Source: an uncultured Planctomycetota bacterium (lineage in GTDB: Bacteria; Planctomycetota; Planctomycetia; Gemmatales; Gemmataceae). Taken from it: DNA of 64,000 nt. Where the stretch lies: assembly GCA_963849325.1 (NCBI GenBank), contig CAWKHF010000007.1, positions 160,001-224,000 on the forward strand. Reading direction: 5' to 3'. Under the pieces are notes generated by a model. The model was not told where the DNA came from and searched no databases. It saw only the letters and a list, made by a program, of their open reading frames with translations. Shown here piece after piece: positions 10,677 to 19,415 of this stretch. The stretch's first letter is position 1. Every line of letters begins with the position of its first letter. The translations under genes and the position numbers were made by a program.

Positions 10677-13250
10677 GTGACATTCATGGATACCACCACT
10701 CCCGCCAAAGACCTCGAACGACGCAAGCAAGTGCGCGTCCGCCTGCGCCGCGACCTTGCCATCGAGGCGCAGAAGTACGAAGGCCGCACCTTCCACGTCG
10801 TCAAGGATCCCGTCAGTCTCCGCTACTACCGCCTCAAGGACAACGAGTATTACCTACTGCAATTCCTCGACGGCCAGCACACCCTCGAAGATGCGCAGAA
10901 GGAGTACGAGAAGCATTACCGCCCTGACCGCCTGAAGCTCGAAGACGTGGAGTCGTTCGCCCAGCAGCTCATCAACGCCGGCCTGGCCCAGAACGAGTCG
11001 CCGTGCGCCGGCAAGCAGCTCTACGACCAGCGGCAAAAACGCCGCCGCTCCGAGTGGATGCAGACGCTGACCAACATCCTCTACATCAAGATACCCGTCT
11101 TCGATCCGGATCGGCTGCTCAAGCGCATGATCCGCTGGCTGGGCTGGATCTTCTCGATGTGGTTCTTCGCCGTCAGCGTCGGCGTCATGCTGGCGGCGGC
11201 GATGCTGGTGATGACCCACTTCGAGACGTTCCGCTCCAAGCTGCCCGATCAGAACCTGTTCTTCCGCTTCAAGACCGTCGTCTATCTGTGGTGCGCCCTG
11301 GGCGTCGTCAAGGTCATCCACGAGTTCGGCCACGGACTCAGCTGCAAGGTGTTCGGCGGCGAGGTCCACGAGATGGGGGCGCTGTTTTTGTGCCTATCGC
11401 CGGCGCTGTACTGCAACGTCTCCGACGCCTGGACGCTGCCGAACAAGTGGCATCGCATCATCATCAGCGCCGCCGGCATCTACGTCGAGCTGGTCATCGC
11501 CGCCATCGCCACCTTTGTCTGGTGGCACACGCCGGCTTATCCGTTCGTCAACAACCTGGCCCTGAGCCTGATGGTGGTATGCAGCGTCAGCACTGTGGTC
11601 TTCAACGCCAACCCGCTGATGCGTTACGATGGCTACTACGTCCTGGCGGACTGGCTGGAGATCCCCAACCTGCGCGAGCGCTCCAATCGCTTCCTCAAGC
11701 ACCTGACGCTGGAGCACTGCCTGGGTGTGGAGGTGCCGCCCGAACCGTACATGGCCCTGTGGCGGCGCATCCTGTTCGTGACCTACGCGGTGGGCAGCTA
11801 CATCTACCGCTGGGTCGTGACCTTCACCATTTTGTGGTTTTTGTATTCGTTCTTGCGGCCGTACAAGCTGGAAGTCATCAGCCAGGTGCTGGCCATCGGC
11901 TCGGCCGCGTCGATGGCTGGCTGGCCGCTGTATCGACTGGGCAAGTCGATCTACCGACGTGGGAGACTCCCTGACATGAAGAAGTGGCGTGTGGTGGTCA
12001 GCGCCGCCGTGCTGACGGCGCTGCTCCTGTTCGCCTGCCTGGTCCCCGTGCCCGTCAGCCGCATTCGCGCTCGGGCCATGCTCCAGGCAGACCCGTCGGC
12101 CTCCGGCAAGGTCTACGTTCGCCACGCCGGCATCCTGACCAAGCTGTACGTGCGGCCCGGCGATACCGTGGATGCGGGCGACGTGCTGGCCGAGTTCTCT
12201 GACCGCGAACTCGACGCCGATCTGCTCAAGGCACGCATCGAGCGCGATCATGCCGCCGAGCAGATCAAGGTGCTCGAACAGCGAAGGATGCGCAACAACG
12301 ATCCCGCGGAAGTCGGGAAGATCAACGAGGAGACCGCCAAGCTGGAGTCCCAGCGGATGGACGCGGCAGTTCGCGTGGCGGCGCTGGAGAAGGTCCACGA
12401 TCAGGATCTGGTGTTGCACGCGCCTTGCTCCGGCGTCATCGGCATGGCTCCCTCGATCGAGGACGTCAGTCGCTTCTTCCAGGACGACCCGAGCGCGCCG
12501 TTTTGTTCCATCAACGAGCCGGGCCGCGTCCGCGTGTGCGTGCCGCTGGAGACGCCGGAGTTCAACCGCCTCAAGGAAAACCTGGAGCAGCTGTCCGACG
12601 CGGCGACGGCCACGCGCAAGCTGATGAAGAAGCGCGTCACCGTCTCTTACGACAAGACGCGCCTGGCGGACGTGCTGGCCGATCTGCAACATCAGGTCAA
12701 GGGGTTGCACTTTCAGCTAGACAAGGACGGCGGCGTCTCCGAGAGCCTGCCCGTCTCGTACCAGGCGAAGAATCAACGGCTGGGATGGGTGCTGGACGGG
12801 GTGTTCGAGAAGCTGGGTCTGGGCTTCGTGCTCCAGTCCGAGCCGGACGGCGAGCACGACGGCTGGCTGCTGGTGCGGGCGGGTCGGGAACGCGGCGAGC
12901 CGGAGGGCGGCCGGCGCCTGGCCGATCTGGACGTGACCATCCGCATCCAGGGCCGCGATACCCAGACGTGGAAGGGCAAGGTCCGCCAGCTGCCCGAGTC
13001 GGAGGCCAAGTCGATCCCGCTGGCCCTGTCCAACCGCGGCGGCGGGCCGGTGGCCGTCAAGGCGGCCGCTCCCGGCAACGCCTTGATCCCGTCCACGCAG
13101 CATTACCTGGTTTATGTCGATCTCGTCGATGCCGACGCGTCGATCCTGCCCGGCGAGATGGCCCAGGTGAAAATCTACTGCCAGCCCGAGACCTGCCTGC
13201 ACTGGCTCTGGCGCACGCTCAATAGCACCTTCGATCTCGGTCTGATGTAA
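10677..13250 (+). CDS. Site-2 protease (peptidase M50) with PqqD-like N-terminus fused to an HlyD-like domain
   Basis: Intact 857-aa ORF. HEFGH zinc motif; ISAAGIYVE; NANPLMRYDGYY (NPxxxxDG); multiple TMs; GILTKLYVRPGDTVDAGDVLA lipoyl motif; N-terminal VVKDPVSLRYYRL...LLQFLDGQHTLE resembles PqqD/RRE. Confidence 0.85.
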   Translation: MTFMDTTTPAKDLERRKQVRVRLRRDLAIEAQKYEGRTFHVVKDPVSLRYYRLKDNEYYLLQFLDGQHTLEDAQKEYEKHYRPDRLKLEDVESFAQQLINAGLAQNESPCAGKQLYDQRQKRRRSEWMQTLTNILYIKIPVFDPDRLLKRMIRWLGWIFSMWFFAVSVGVMLAAAMLVMTHFETFRSKLPDQNLFFRFKTVVYLWCALGVVKVIHEFGHGLSCKVFGGEVHEMGALFLCLSPALYCNVSDAWTLPNKWHRIIISAAGIYVELVIAAIATFVWWHTPAYPFVNNLALSLMVVCSVSTVVFNANPLMRYDGYYVLADWLEIPNLRERSNRFLKHLTLEHCLGVEVPPEPYMALWRRILFVTYAVGSYIYRWVVTFTILWFLYSFLRPYKLEVISQVLAIGSAASMAGWPLYRLGKSIYRRGRLPDMKKWRVVVSAAVLTALLLFACLVPVPVSRIRARAMLQADPSASGKVYVRHAGILTKLYVRPGDTVDAGDVLAEFSDRELDADLLKARIERDHAAEQIKVLEQRRMRNNDPAEVGKINEETAKLESQRMDAAVRVAALEKVHDQDLVLHAPCSGVIGMAPSIEDVSRFFQDDPSAPFCSINEPGRVRVCVPLETPEFNRLKENLEQLSDAATATRKLMKKRVTVSYDKTRLADVLADLQHQVKGLHFQLDKDGGVSESLPVSYQAKNQRLGWVLDGVFEKLGLGFVLQSEPDGEHDGWLLVRAGRERGEPEGGRRLADLDVTIRIQGRDTQTWKGKVRQLPESEAKSIPLALSNRGGGPVAVKAAAPGNALIPSTQHYLVYVDLVDADASILPGEMAQVKIYCQPETCLHWLWRTLNSTFDLGLM

Positions 13251-13271
13251 GCGAGACGTAGTTTCCAACCT

Positions 13272-13335
13272 CTGAGCGGGGGGCTGACGCCCCCTGAGTC
13301 TTGCAAGACTCAGGGGGCGTCAGCCCCCCGCTCAG
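13272..13335. repeat. Perfect 64-bp palindrome between convergent genes (probable bidirectional terminator or REP)
   Basis: CTGAGCGGGGGGCTGACGCCCCCTGAGTCTTGCAAGACTCAGGGGGCGTCAGCCCCCCGCTCAG equals its own reverse complement. Confidence 0.9.
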
Positions 13336-14429
13336 CGTTGCAACACGTCGGGACGCACGAACTCGGCGCCCTGAATGCGGATGCGCTTGAGCGGCCATAC
13401 TTCGGTCGGCGTGACGATCTTCGGCCCTTGCTCGGTGATGAGGAAGGTATCGCAGCTGGACGCGGCGCCGGCGCTGGCGTTCCAGATGACGCTCCAGCCG
13501 GCCTGGAACAACTCCTCCGTCTGCGGCATCAGAGGCATTTCGATGGCGGCGCGGCCGGTGAGGTAGCCTTGCGGCGCCAGTTGCCATTCGTGCTCGAAAC
13601 CACTGATGAGATAAATGCGCCGCCCGGCCAGGAGAATCTCGCGCGGCACGGCGTCCGGCCAGGTCGAGGCGAGATAACTGGCGCTGACCCGGCACACCGC
13701 ATTGTGGTCCTGGCGAAGATCCGCCGGCGGCTCGCCGAAGCACACCGCTCGGCTGGCCGTGACGTAGACGCCATACTTGCGGGCCGTCACCATCAGCACG
13801 GCGTAATGTTCCAGCGTCGCCGACGTGAAGCCGAAACGGCGATACAGGCGCGAACGACCGTCCACGGCGACGCCGACGTGCAAGGGCAGGATGCCGCGAT
13901 GAATGAGGCGATGACTGACGTGGCCGGCGATCTCGCGTTCGGACTCGCCCCGCGACAGCGTGCGGCAGGTTGCTTCGAGGGCGTGTGCCAGGGTCTGTCC
14001 CACGGCCAGTTGGCAGGCTTGTTCGTAGGCCGTCAGACGGCGGCGCAGGCGGCGCATCGGCTCGGCCACGTTGACGACGCCGGGACAGGGCCGATCGCAG
14101 GCTACCTTGCGGTTCTGACACAGGTCGGCCAGGATCTGATCGCGGCCCCAGTGCCAGGGCCATTCCTTCAACTGGAAGCCCAGGCCATCGACTTCCTCGT
14201 CAAAGAGGCGCAGCGAATCGACGTTGCTGGCGATGATCCAGCGATGTTCGCCGTTGCAGTAAGCGGCCGGCTCCGCGGCCGGGTCGCCCAGCCCGCGCGA
14301 CATGGCCCCACCCGTCAGCCAGGCGAAATTGGCCGGGTCCAAAAGCAGCAAGCCTTCGCATCCGACTTCCTGGAGCAGTTCGGCCACCCGCGCCACCTTG
14401 GCGTCGATGTCGGCCCGCCGGTCCGACAT
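13332..14429 (-). CDS. M24 (Xaa-Pro peptidase/creatinase fold) family protein, possibly inactive; start uncertain
   Basis: GLLLLDPANFAWLTGG creatinase-N-like start; GESEREIAG; ARKYGVYVTASRAVCFG; WNASAG...DTFLITEQG. Confidence 0.7.
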   Translation of the reverse strand: MSDRRADIDAKVARVAELLQEVGCEGLLLLDPANFAWLTGGAMSRGLGDPAAEPAAYCNGEHRWIIASNVDSLRLFDEEVDGLGFQLKEWPWHWGRDQILADLCQNRKVACDRPCPGVVNVAEPMRRLRRRLTAYEQACQLAVGQTLAHALEATCRTLSRGESEREIAGHVSHRLIHRGILPLHVGVAVDGRSRLYRRFGFTSATLEHYAVLMVTARKYGVYVTASRAVCFGEPPADLRQDHNAVCRVSASYLASTWPDAVPREILLAGRRIYLISGFEHEWQLAPQGYLTGRAAIEMPLMPQTEELFQAGWSVIWNASAGAASSCDTFLITEQGPKIVTPTEVWPLKRIRIQGAEFVRPDVLQR

Positions 14430-14829
14430 GGCGTCCACGTGAGTTGCACCGGCGATGAGAGTGGTGGGTTGCACAAGCGTTTCCACAGTCACGTCAGGGC
14501 CCTCGAAGCCTTTACCTAGACCACCCTCGTTCGACAAGGAACGCGGACGCTCTCTCGACCCGGACAACCTCGTCCGCCCACTCTGCCCGCGCGTCTCCGG
14601 GCGACGGCACTCCTTGGGAGCTTCGGCCGATGGCTTTCGGGACCTCTCTGTGAGGATACCACGAAGCCGCTCCGAACCGGAATCCTTTTCTCCTCGGCAG
14701 GCACCCGTCGTGGCGCTTCAGAGCGCGGGCGTCCCGCCCGCCGGATGCCGGGAGAGAAATGTTGTCCGTCCAGCGAGGCTTCCGTGGTAAACTGAAAACA
14801 CGCCTTGGTCCCGCATCGAAAGGCCATCC

Positions 14830-16170
14830 ATGCGTCAGCCCTTGCTCCGCGCCGCGCTTCTCCTCGGCTTTGTGGCGAACACTCCATCCCTCCGCGCCGG
14901 ACTGTACTACTCCGGCGAAACCTTCGCCGAGCTGCCGTCGCAGTGGCGCGGCTTCCTGCTCGATCAGCGTAGTCTGCGCACCCTCGCCGTCAAATCGACC
15001 CCGGCCGTCCCCGCGGGACCGATCCGCCAGCGCTACGAAGCGGAAGCGGTTCGCCTGACGAAGCTCGCCGGCCAGCGTCCGCTGACCGCCGACGAGGCTG
15101 CGGATCTCGGGGCGCTGTATGTCCGACTCGGCGAACTGGGGAAGGCCATCGACGTGCTGCGGACGGCCCAGCGCCAATCCCCGAAGCACTTCCATCTGGC
15201 CGCCAACCTCGGCACGGCCTGGCAAATGCAGGGCGACCTCGCCCAGGCCGCCGCCGCGCTGGAGCAGGCCGTCCGCCTGGCGCCCGACAAACTCCGCAAG
15301 GCCGAGGAGCTGCACCTCAAGCTCGTCCGCCTGCGTAGCCGGCAGGCGAAAGATGCTCAGGATCTCGATGATTTGTTCGGCGTCGCGTACGTCGGCCCCA
15401 GCGGCCGGTTCGAGCCGGGACGACTCGCCGAGGCTCAGCGCAAACGCCTGCCGGCCAACGCGGTCGCCCTGGTGCAGCAGCTGGCGCTGTGGCTGCCGAG
15501 CGATGGCCGCTTACTGTGGCAGCTGGCCGAGCTGGCCGGGTCCAACGGCGACATCGCCACCGCCGCCGCCATCATGGACGGCTGCGTCACCGAGTTCGGC
15601 CTGCGCGCCGCCGACTTGCGCAGCCATCGCCGAGCCTATCGCAGCGCCGCCGAGGAACGCACCGCAAAGGGAGAAAGCGACGTCAAGGCGGCGCACGAGG
15701 GCCATCCCGGACTGTTCAAGCCGCGCTCGCCGCGACCGCTCGTGCGCAAGCTCGATCCCATGCCGCTGCCGCCCATCGATCCCAAAGGGGTCAACGCCCT
15801 GCCGTGGTCGGTTGTCACCGAGACGGCGCTGGATCGGCAGTATCGGCCGACCTTCCCGCGCTACCTGAAGGAACTGGACGGCAAGAAGGTGCTGCTGAAC
15901 GGCTACGTACAGCCGTTGGGAGAAGACGCCGAGCTGAGCGCGTTTCTGCTGATCGAATATCCGGTCGGCTGCTGGTATTGCGAGCAACCGGAAATGACGG
16001 CGATTGTGCTGATCGAACTGCCGGAGGGCAAGACATACAACTTCACGCGCGGTCAGGTCCAGGTCCGCGGCAAGCTCGTCCTCAACGCCCGCGATCCCGA
16101 GAACTTCCTCTACACGCTACGCGATGCCGAGGTCAGCCAGAAAGAGGAAGGCTCCTCCGCGAGAAAGTAA
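14830..16170 (+). CDS. Secreted TPR + DUF3299 domain protein
   Basis: Signal peptide; TPR (LGALYVRLGELGKAIDVL, NLGTAWQMQGDLAQA); C-terminal LKELDGKKVLLNGYVQPL...FLLIEYPVGCWYC typical of DUF3299. Confidence 0.75.
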   Translation: MRQPLLRAALLLGFVANTPSLRAGLYYSGETFAELPSQWRGFLLDQRSLRTLAVKSTPAVPAGPIRQRYEAEAVRLTKLAGQRPLTADEAADLGALYVRLGELGKAIDVLRTAQRQSPKHFHLAANLGTAWQMQGDLAQAAAALEQAVRLAPDKLRKAEELHLKLVRLRSRQAKDAQDLDDLFGVAYVGPSGRFEPGRLAEAQRKRLPANAVALVQQLALWLPSDGRLLWQLAELAGSNGDIATAAAIMDGCVTEFGLRAADLRSHRRAYRSAAEERTAKGESDVKAAHEGHPGLFKPRSPRPLVRKLDPMPLPPIDPKGVNALPWSVVTETALDRQYRPTFPRYLKELDGKKVLLNGYVQPLGEDAELSAFLLIEYPVGCWYCEQPEMTAIVLIELPEGKTYNFTRGQVQVRGKLVLNARDPENFLYTLRDAEVSQKEEGSSARK

Positions 16171-16171
16171 C

Positions 16172-16411
16172 GTGATTGTCGTGCTGATTATTTTCCTGTC
16201 GGCCACCGCGTTCTTGATTGTCTTGATTTACTTCCTTTCCCAGGACCGCAAGCGCGGCGAGGTCCGGAGTTTCCGGCAGCGTTTTCGGGAGAGACGACGA
16301 TACCCGCCGCCGGAGCAACCGATCGACCCCATTTTTGCGTTTGATGAACCTTCGGTCGAGATAAAGAGGGACAAACCCGGCGATTCCAAAACGCGGAGGC
16401 TGAGTCGCTAG
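16172..16411 (+). CDS. Small single-pass membrane protein
   Basis: GTG just after the upstream stop; hydrophobic VIVVLIIFLSATAFLIVLIYFL then a basic tail. Confidence 0.45.
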   Translation: MIVVLIIFLSATAFLIVLIYFLSQDRKRGEVRSFRQRFRERRRYPPPEQPIDPIFAFDEPSVEIKRDKPGDSKTRRLSR

Positions 16412-16415
16412 ACCA

Positions 16416-16481
16416 GCGTGGCGACCAGGGTAAAATAACGAAAGAAACATTCCTCCCTCGGCGCGGCGAGACGTTGGGGGC
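16416..16481 (+). repeat. Direct repeat copy 1 (promoter-like, contains TAAAAT), left of vapBC
   Basis: GCGTGGCGACCAGGGTAAAATAACGAAAGAAACATTCCTCCCTCGGCGCGGCGAGACGTTGG aligns with 17461-17527. Confidence 0.85.
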
Positions 16482-16513
16482 AATTCCCATTCGACAGTCG
16501 GAGGTATAGCTCT

Positions 16514-16817
16514 ATGAGCCACCCGTTGACGGTTGAGTTGAGCGATGCGGTCTACGCCGCACTGCAACTCCACGCACGGGCGACCGCGCAATCTCCTGCG
16601 GAATTGGCCGCCGCAGCCCTGGAGCAGCGCTTCGGCATCCCCGATGGAATGCGCAGTCGGCGCGCACCCGGCGACCGAGGCCGAAAAACAAGCGGCGCGC
16701 GAGCGATTTGAAAGTCACTTCGGCGCCGTCAACCTCGGCCACGCGACAGGGGTGGACAACGCGGGCATCGATGCCGACCTGGCCCGCGCTTACGCCGACA
16801 GCCACGAGGAAGGCTGA
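16514..16817 (+). CDS. Putative antitoxin with ribbon-helix-helix-like N-terminus (one frameshift)
   Basis: RBS GGAGG; MSHPLTVELSDAVYAALQLHA; C-terminus FGAVNLGHATGVDNAGIDADLARAY; stop overlaps the toxin ATG. Confidence 0.7.
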
Positions 16818-17209
16818 TGCTCCTGGACACTTCGGGCCTGCTCTGTCTGCACCACCAAGCCGAGCTGTTCCACCGCGAGGCTTGTCGAGCTTACCAGGCA
16901 GCTCGCGTCCGGCTGACGCACGGCTACGTGCTGGCCGAGTTCGTCGCGCTGGCCCAGGCACGGCGTCTCCCGCGTCTGGCCGCGCTGGCTCTCGTGGCCG
17001 ATCTGGTGGCCAACCCGGACATCCAGACGGTGTGGGGAGACGAATTGCTGCATCACAAGGCGATGGCGCTGCTACAGGCCCGGCCGGACAAGACGTATTC
17101 ACTATGCGATGCGGTGAGCTTTGTCCTGATGCGGCAGTGCCAAGTCAGCGAAGCCTTGACCACAGACCACCACTTTGAGGAGGAAGGCTTCCGCAAGCTG
17201 CTGGGATAG
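16817..17209 (+). CDS. vapC: PIN-domain (VapC) toxin
   Basis: MLLDTSGL...VLAEF...YSLCDAVSFVLM...ALTTDHHFEEEGF, the canonical PIN acidic residues. Confidence 0.9.
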   Translation: MLLDTSGLLCLHHQAELFHREACRAYQAARVRLTHGYVLAEFVALAQARRLPRLAALALVADLVANPDIQTVWGDELLHHKAMALLQARPDKTYSLCDAVSFVLMRQCQVSEALTTDHHFEEEGFRKLLG

Positions 17210-17460
17210 GGCAAGGCATAGCGGTCGGGAAAGAGACGCGCAAAGCACGGCCGAACACCTCCAAGGCTCTCGGTGGCCGGATGCTGGAGCCGGCCGAGGC
17301 CATCCTATTGGATTCCAGGAGATCAACGTTACCGGAGACGGGTCTAGTCGAGGCGATGGATTGATCCTCACGATCTCCCCCTCCTCAACCGCAAAAGCGC
17401 CGCATCTGTTCACGGCCATCCTCCCAGCCGTGGCGGTTAGACGGGATACGCGATGCTCCG

Positions 17461-17527
17461 GCGCGGCGACTAGGGTAAAATAACTAAAGAAGCGTTCCTC
17501 CCTCGACGCGACGAGACGCTGGAGGGC
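17461..17527 (+). repeat. Direct repeat copy 2 (likely promoter of the acyl-CoA dehydrogenase gene)
   Basis: GCGCGGCGACTAGGGTAAAATAACTAAAGAAGCGTTCCTCCCTCGACGCGACGAGACGCTGG. Confidence 0.85.
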
Positions 17528-17555
17528 GATGCCTCATTTTTCGGGGAGGTCTCCG

Positions 17556-19328
17556 ATGGCCCTGACCGCCGCGCAGCTGGAACAACAGAAACAAGCGGCC
17601 GAGGAATTGCTCTTTTCCGGCCCGCAAACGCTGGGCTTCGCCAAGGGGCTGTTCTTTGGCCACTTCAACGCCGCCTTGCTCAACCCTTATCCGCACCTCC
17701 GCGCCGAGGAGCGGCCCGGGCCGACGAGAAGGTGGCCGAGGTGCGCCGTTTCTGCGAGGAACACATCGACGCGGCGGCCATCGACCGCAACGCGGAGATC
17801 CCGACCAACGTGGTCGCCGGCCTGGGTCGTCTCGGCGTCCTGGGCGCGACGGCGCCGCCGGAGTACGGCGGGCCGGGCCTGTCACAGCTGGCCGCCTGCC
17901 GCATCATGGAGGTCATCGGCGGCCATGACGCCGCCGTCGGCGTCTTCGTCAACGCCCATCACAGCATCGGCATCCGCGCCCTGCTGTTGTTCGGCACCGA
18001 GGAGCAGAAGCGTCGCTGGCTGCCGCCGCTGGTGCGCGGCGAACAGCTCGCCGCCTTCGCCCTGACCGAGCCGGAAGCCGGCTCCGACGCCAGCAATGTG
18101 CAGACCACGGCCACGCCCACACCGGACGGCAAAGCCTACGTCCTCAACGGCAGCAAACGCTGGATCACCAACGGCGGCATCGCCGGCGTCCTGACCGTCA
18201 TCGCGCGCACGCCGGCGCAGGGGCCAGCAAGAAGAAGGAAATCACCGCCTTCCTGGTGACGCCGGACATGCCCGGTTTCAAGGTGCTCGACCCGCGCATG
18301 GCCAAGACGGGCATTCGCGGCACGGCCACCGGCCGGCTCGCCTTCGAGAACATGGTCGTGCCGGCCGAGAACGTGCTCGGCCAGGTCGGCAAGGGTCTGC
18401 GCATCGCGCTGACCGTACTCGACTTCGGCCGGACCACGTTCGGCGCCTGCTGCACCGGCGCGGCCAAAACCTGCGTCCGCGCCGCCGCCACCCATGCGAA
18501 ACAGCGCGTGCAGTTCGAGCAGCCGATCGCCGATTTCGAGTTGGTCAAAAAAAAGATCGCCTGGATGGCCGCCCATGCCTTCGCCATGGAGGCGACCACC
18601 AGCGAATGCGCCCACTTCATCGACAGCGGTTTCGACGACTACATGCTCGAAACGGCCATGCTCAAGGTGTGGTCCACCGACGCCCTGTGGCAGATCGTCA
18701 ACGACACCATTCAGATTTTCGGCGGCAAGGCATACTTCACCGACGAGCCTTACGAGCGCATGATGCGCAACGCGCGCATCAACACGATCGGCGAAGGAGC
18801 CAACGACGTGCTGCGGGCGTTCATCGCCATGGTGGGCATCAAGCCGGTGGCCGACCAGTTCCTGAGTATCAAGCACGCGCTAGAACACCCCATCCGCGAC
18901 ATTGGCACGCTCCTGAGCTTCGGGGGCAAGCAGCTGCGGCGCGCTGGACGACGCCGGACGTGCCGGTGCAGAACAGCGCCCTGCGCGAGCCGGCCCAGGA
19001 GTTGGCCCGGCGCGTCCGCGACTTCAGCTTCGCGGTGCAATCGATGCTCATGAAACACCGTGAAAATATCCTGTTCCGTCAATACGTGCAGGAACGGCTG
19101 GCGGACGCCGCCTGTGAGCTGTATGCGTCGAGTTGCACGCTGGCGCGGCTGGATGCACTGATGACGACGGGCAATGGCCATGCGGATGAAGTAACGCGCG
19201 ACGGGACGGTGGGACGGTACTTCCTGCGCCTGTCCAATCGTCGCATCAAGCAGTGCCTGGCCGCACTATCCGATAACGACGATGCCGAAACGACGGCGAC
19301 GGCGGATGCCGTGCTGGCGAAGTATTGA
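17556..19328 (+). CDS. Acyl-CoA dehydrogenase, VLCAD/ACAD9-like (frameshifts)
   Basis: GFAKGLFFG; AFALTEPEAGSDA; LNGSKRWITNGG; RVQFEQPIADF; QIFGGKAY; RINTIGEGANDVLR; C-terminal ERLADAACELY extension. Confidence 0.9.
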
Positions 19329-19342
19329 CGGAAAGGTGTCCG

Positions 19343-19396
19343 TCCGAGCCTGAAGCGTAAGCGAAGAGTGCTCTTCGCTTACGCTTCAGGCTCGGA
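19343..19396. repeat. Palindromic repeat, family B, copy 1
   Basis: TCCGAGCCTGAAGCGTAAGCGAAGAG-TG-CTCTTCGCTTACGCTTCAGGCTCGGA; related copy at 61271. Confidence 0.85.
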
Positions 19397-19415
19397 GAAG
19401 TTTTGTCCGCTCGTT

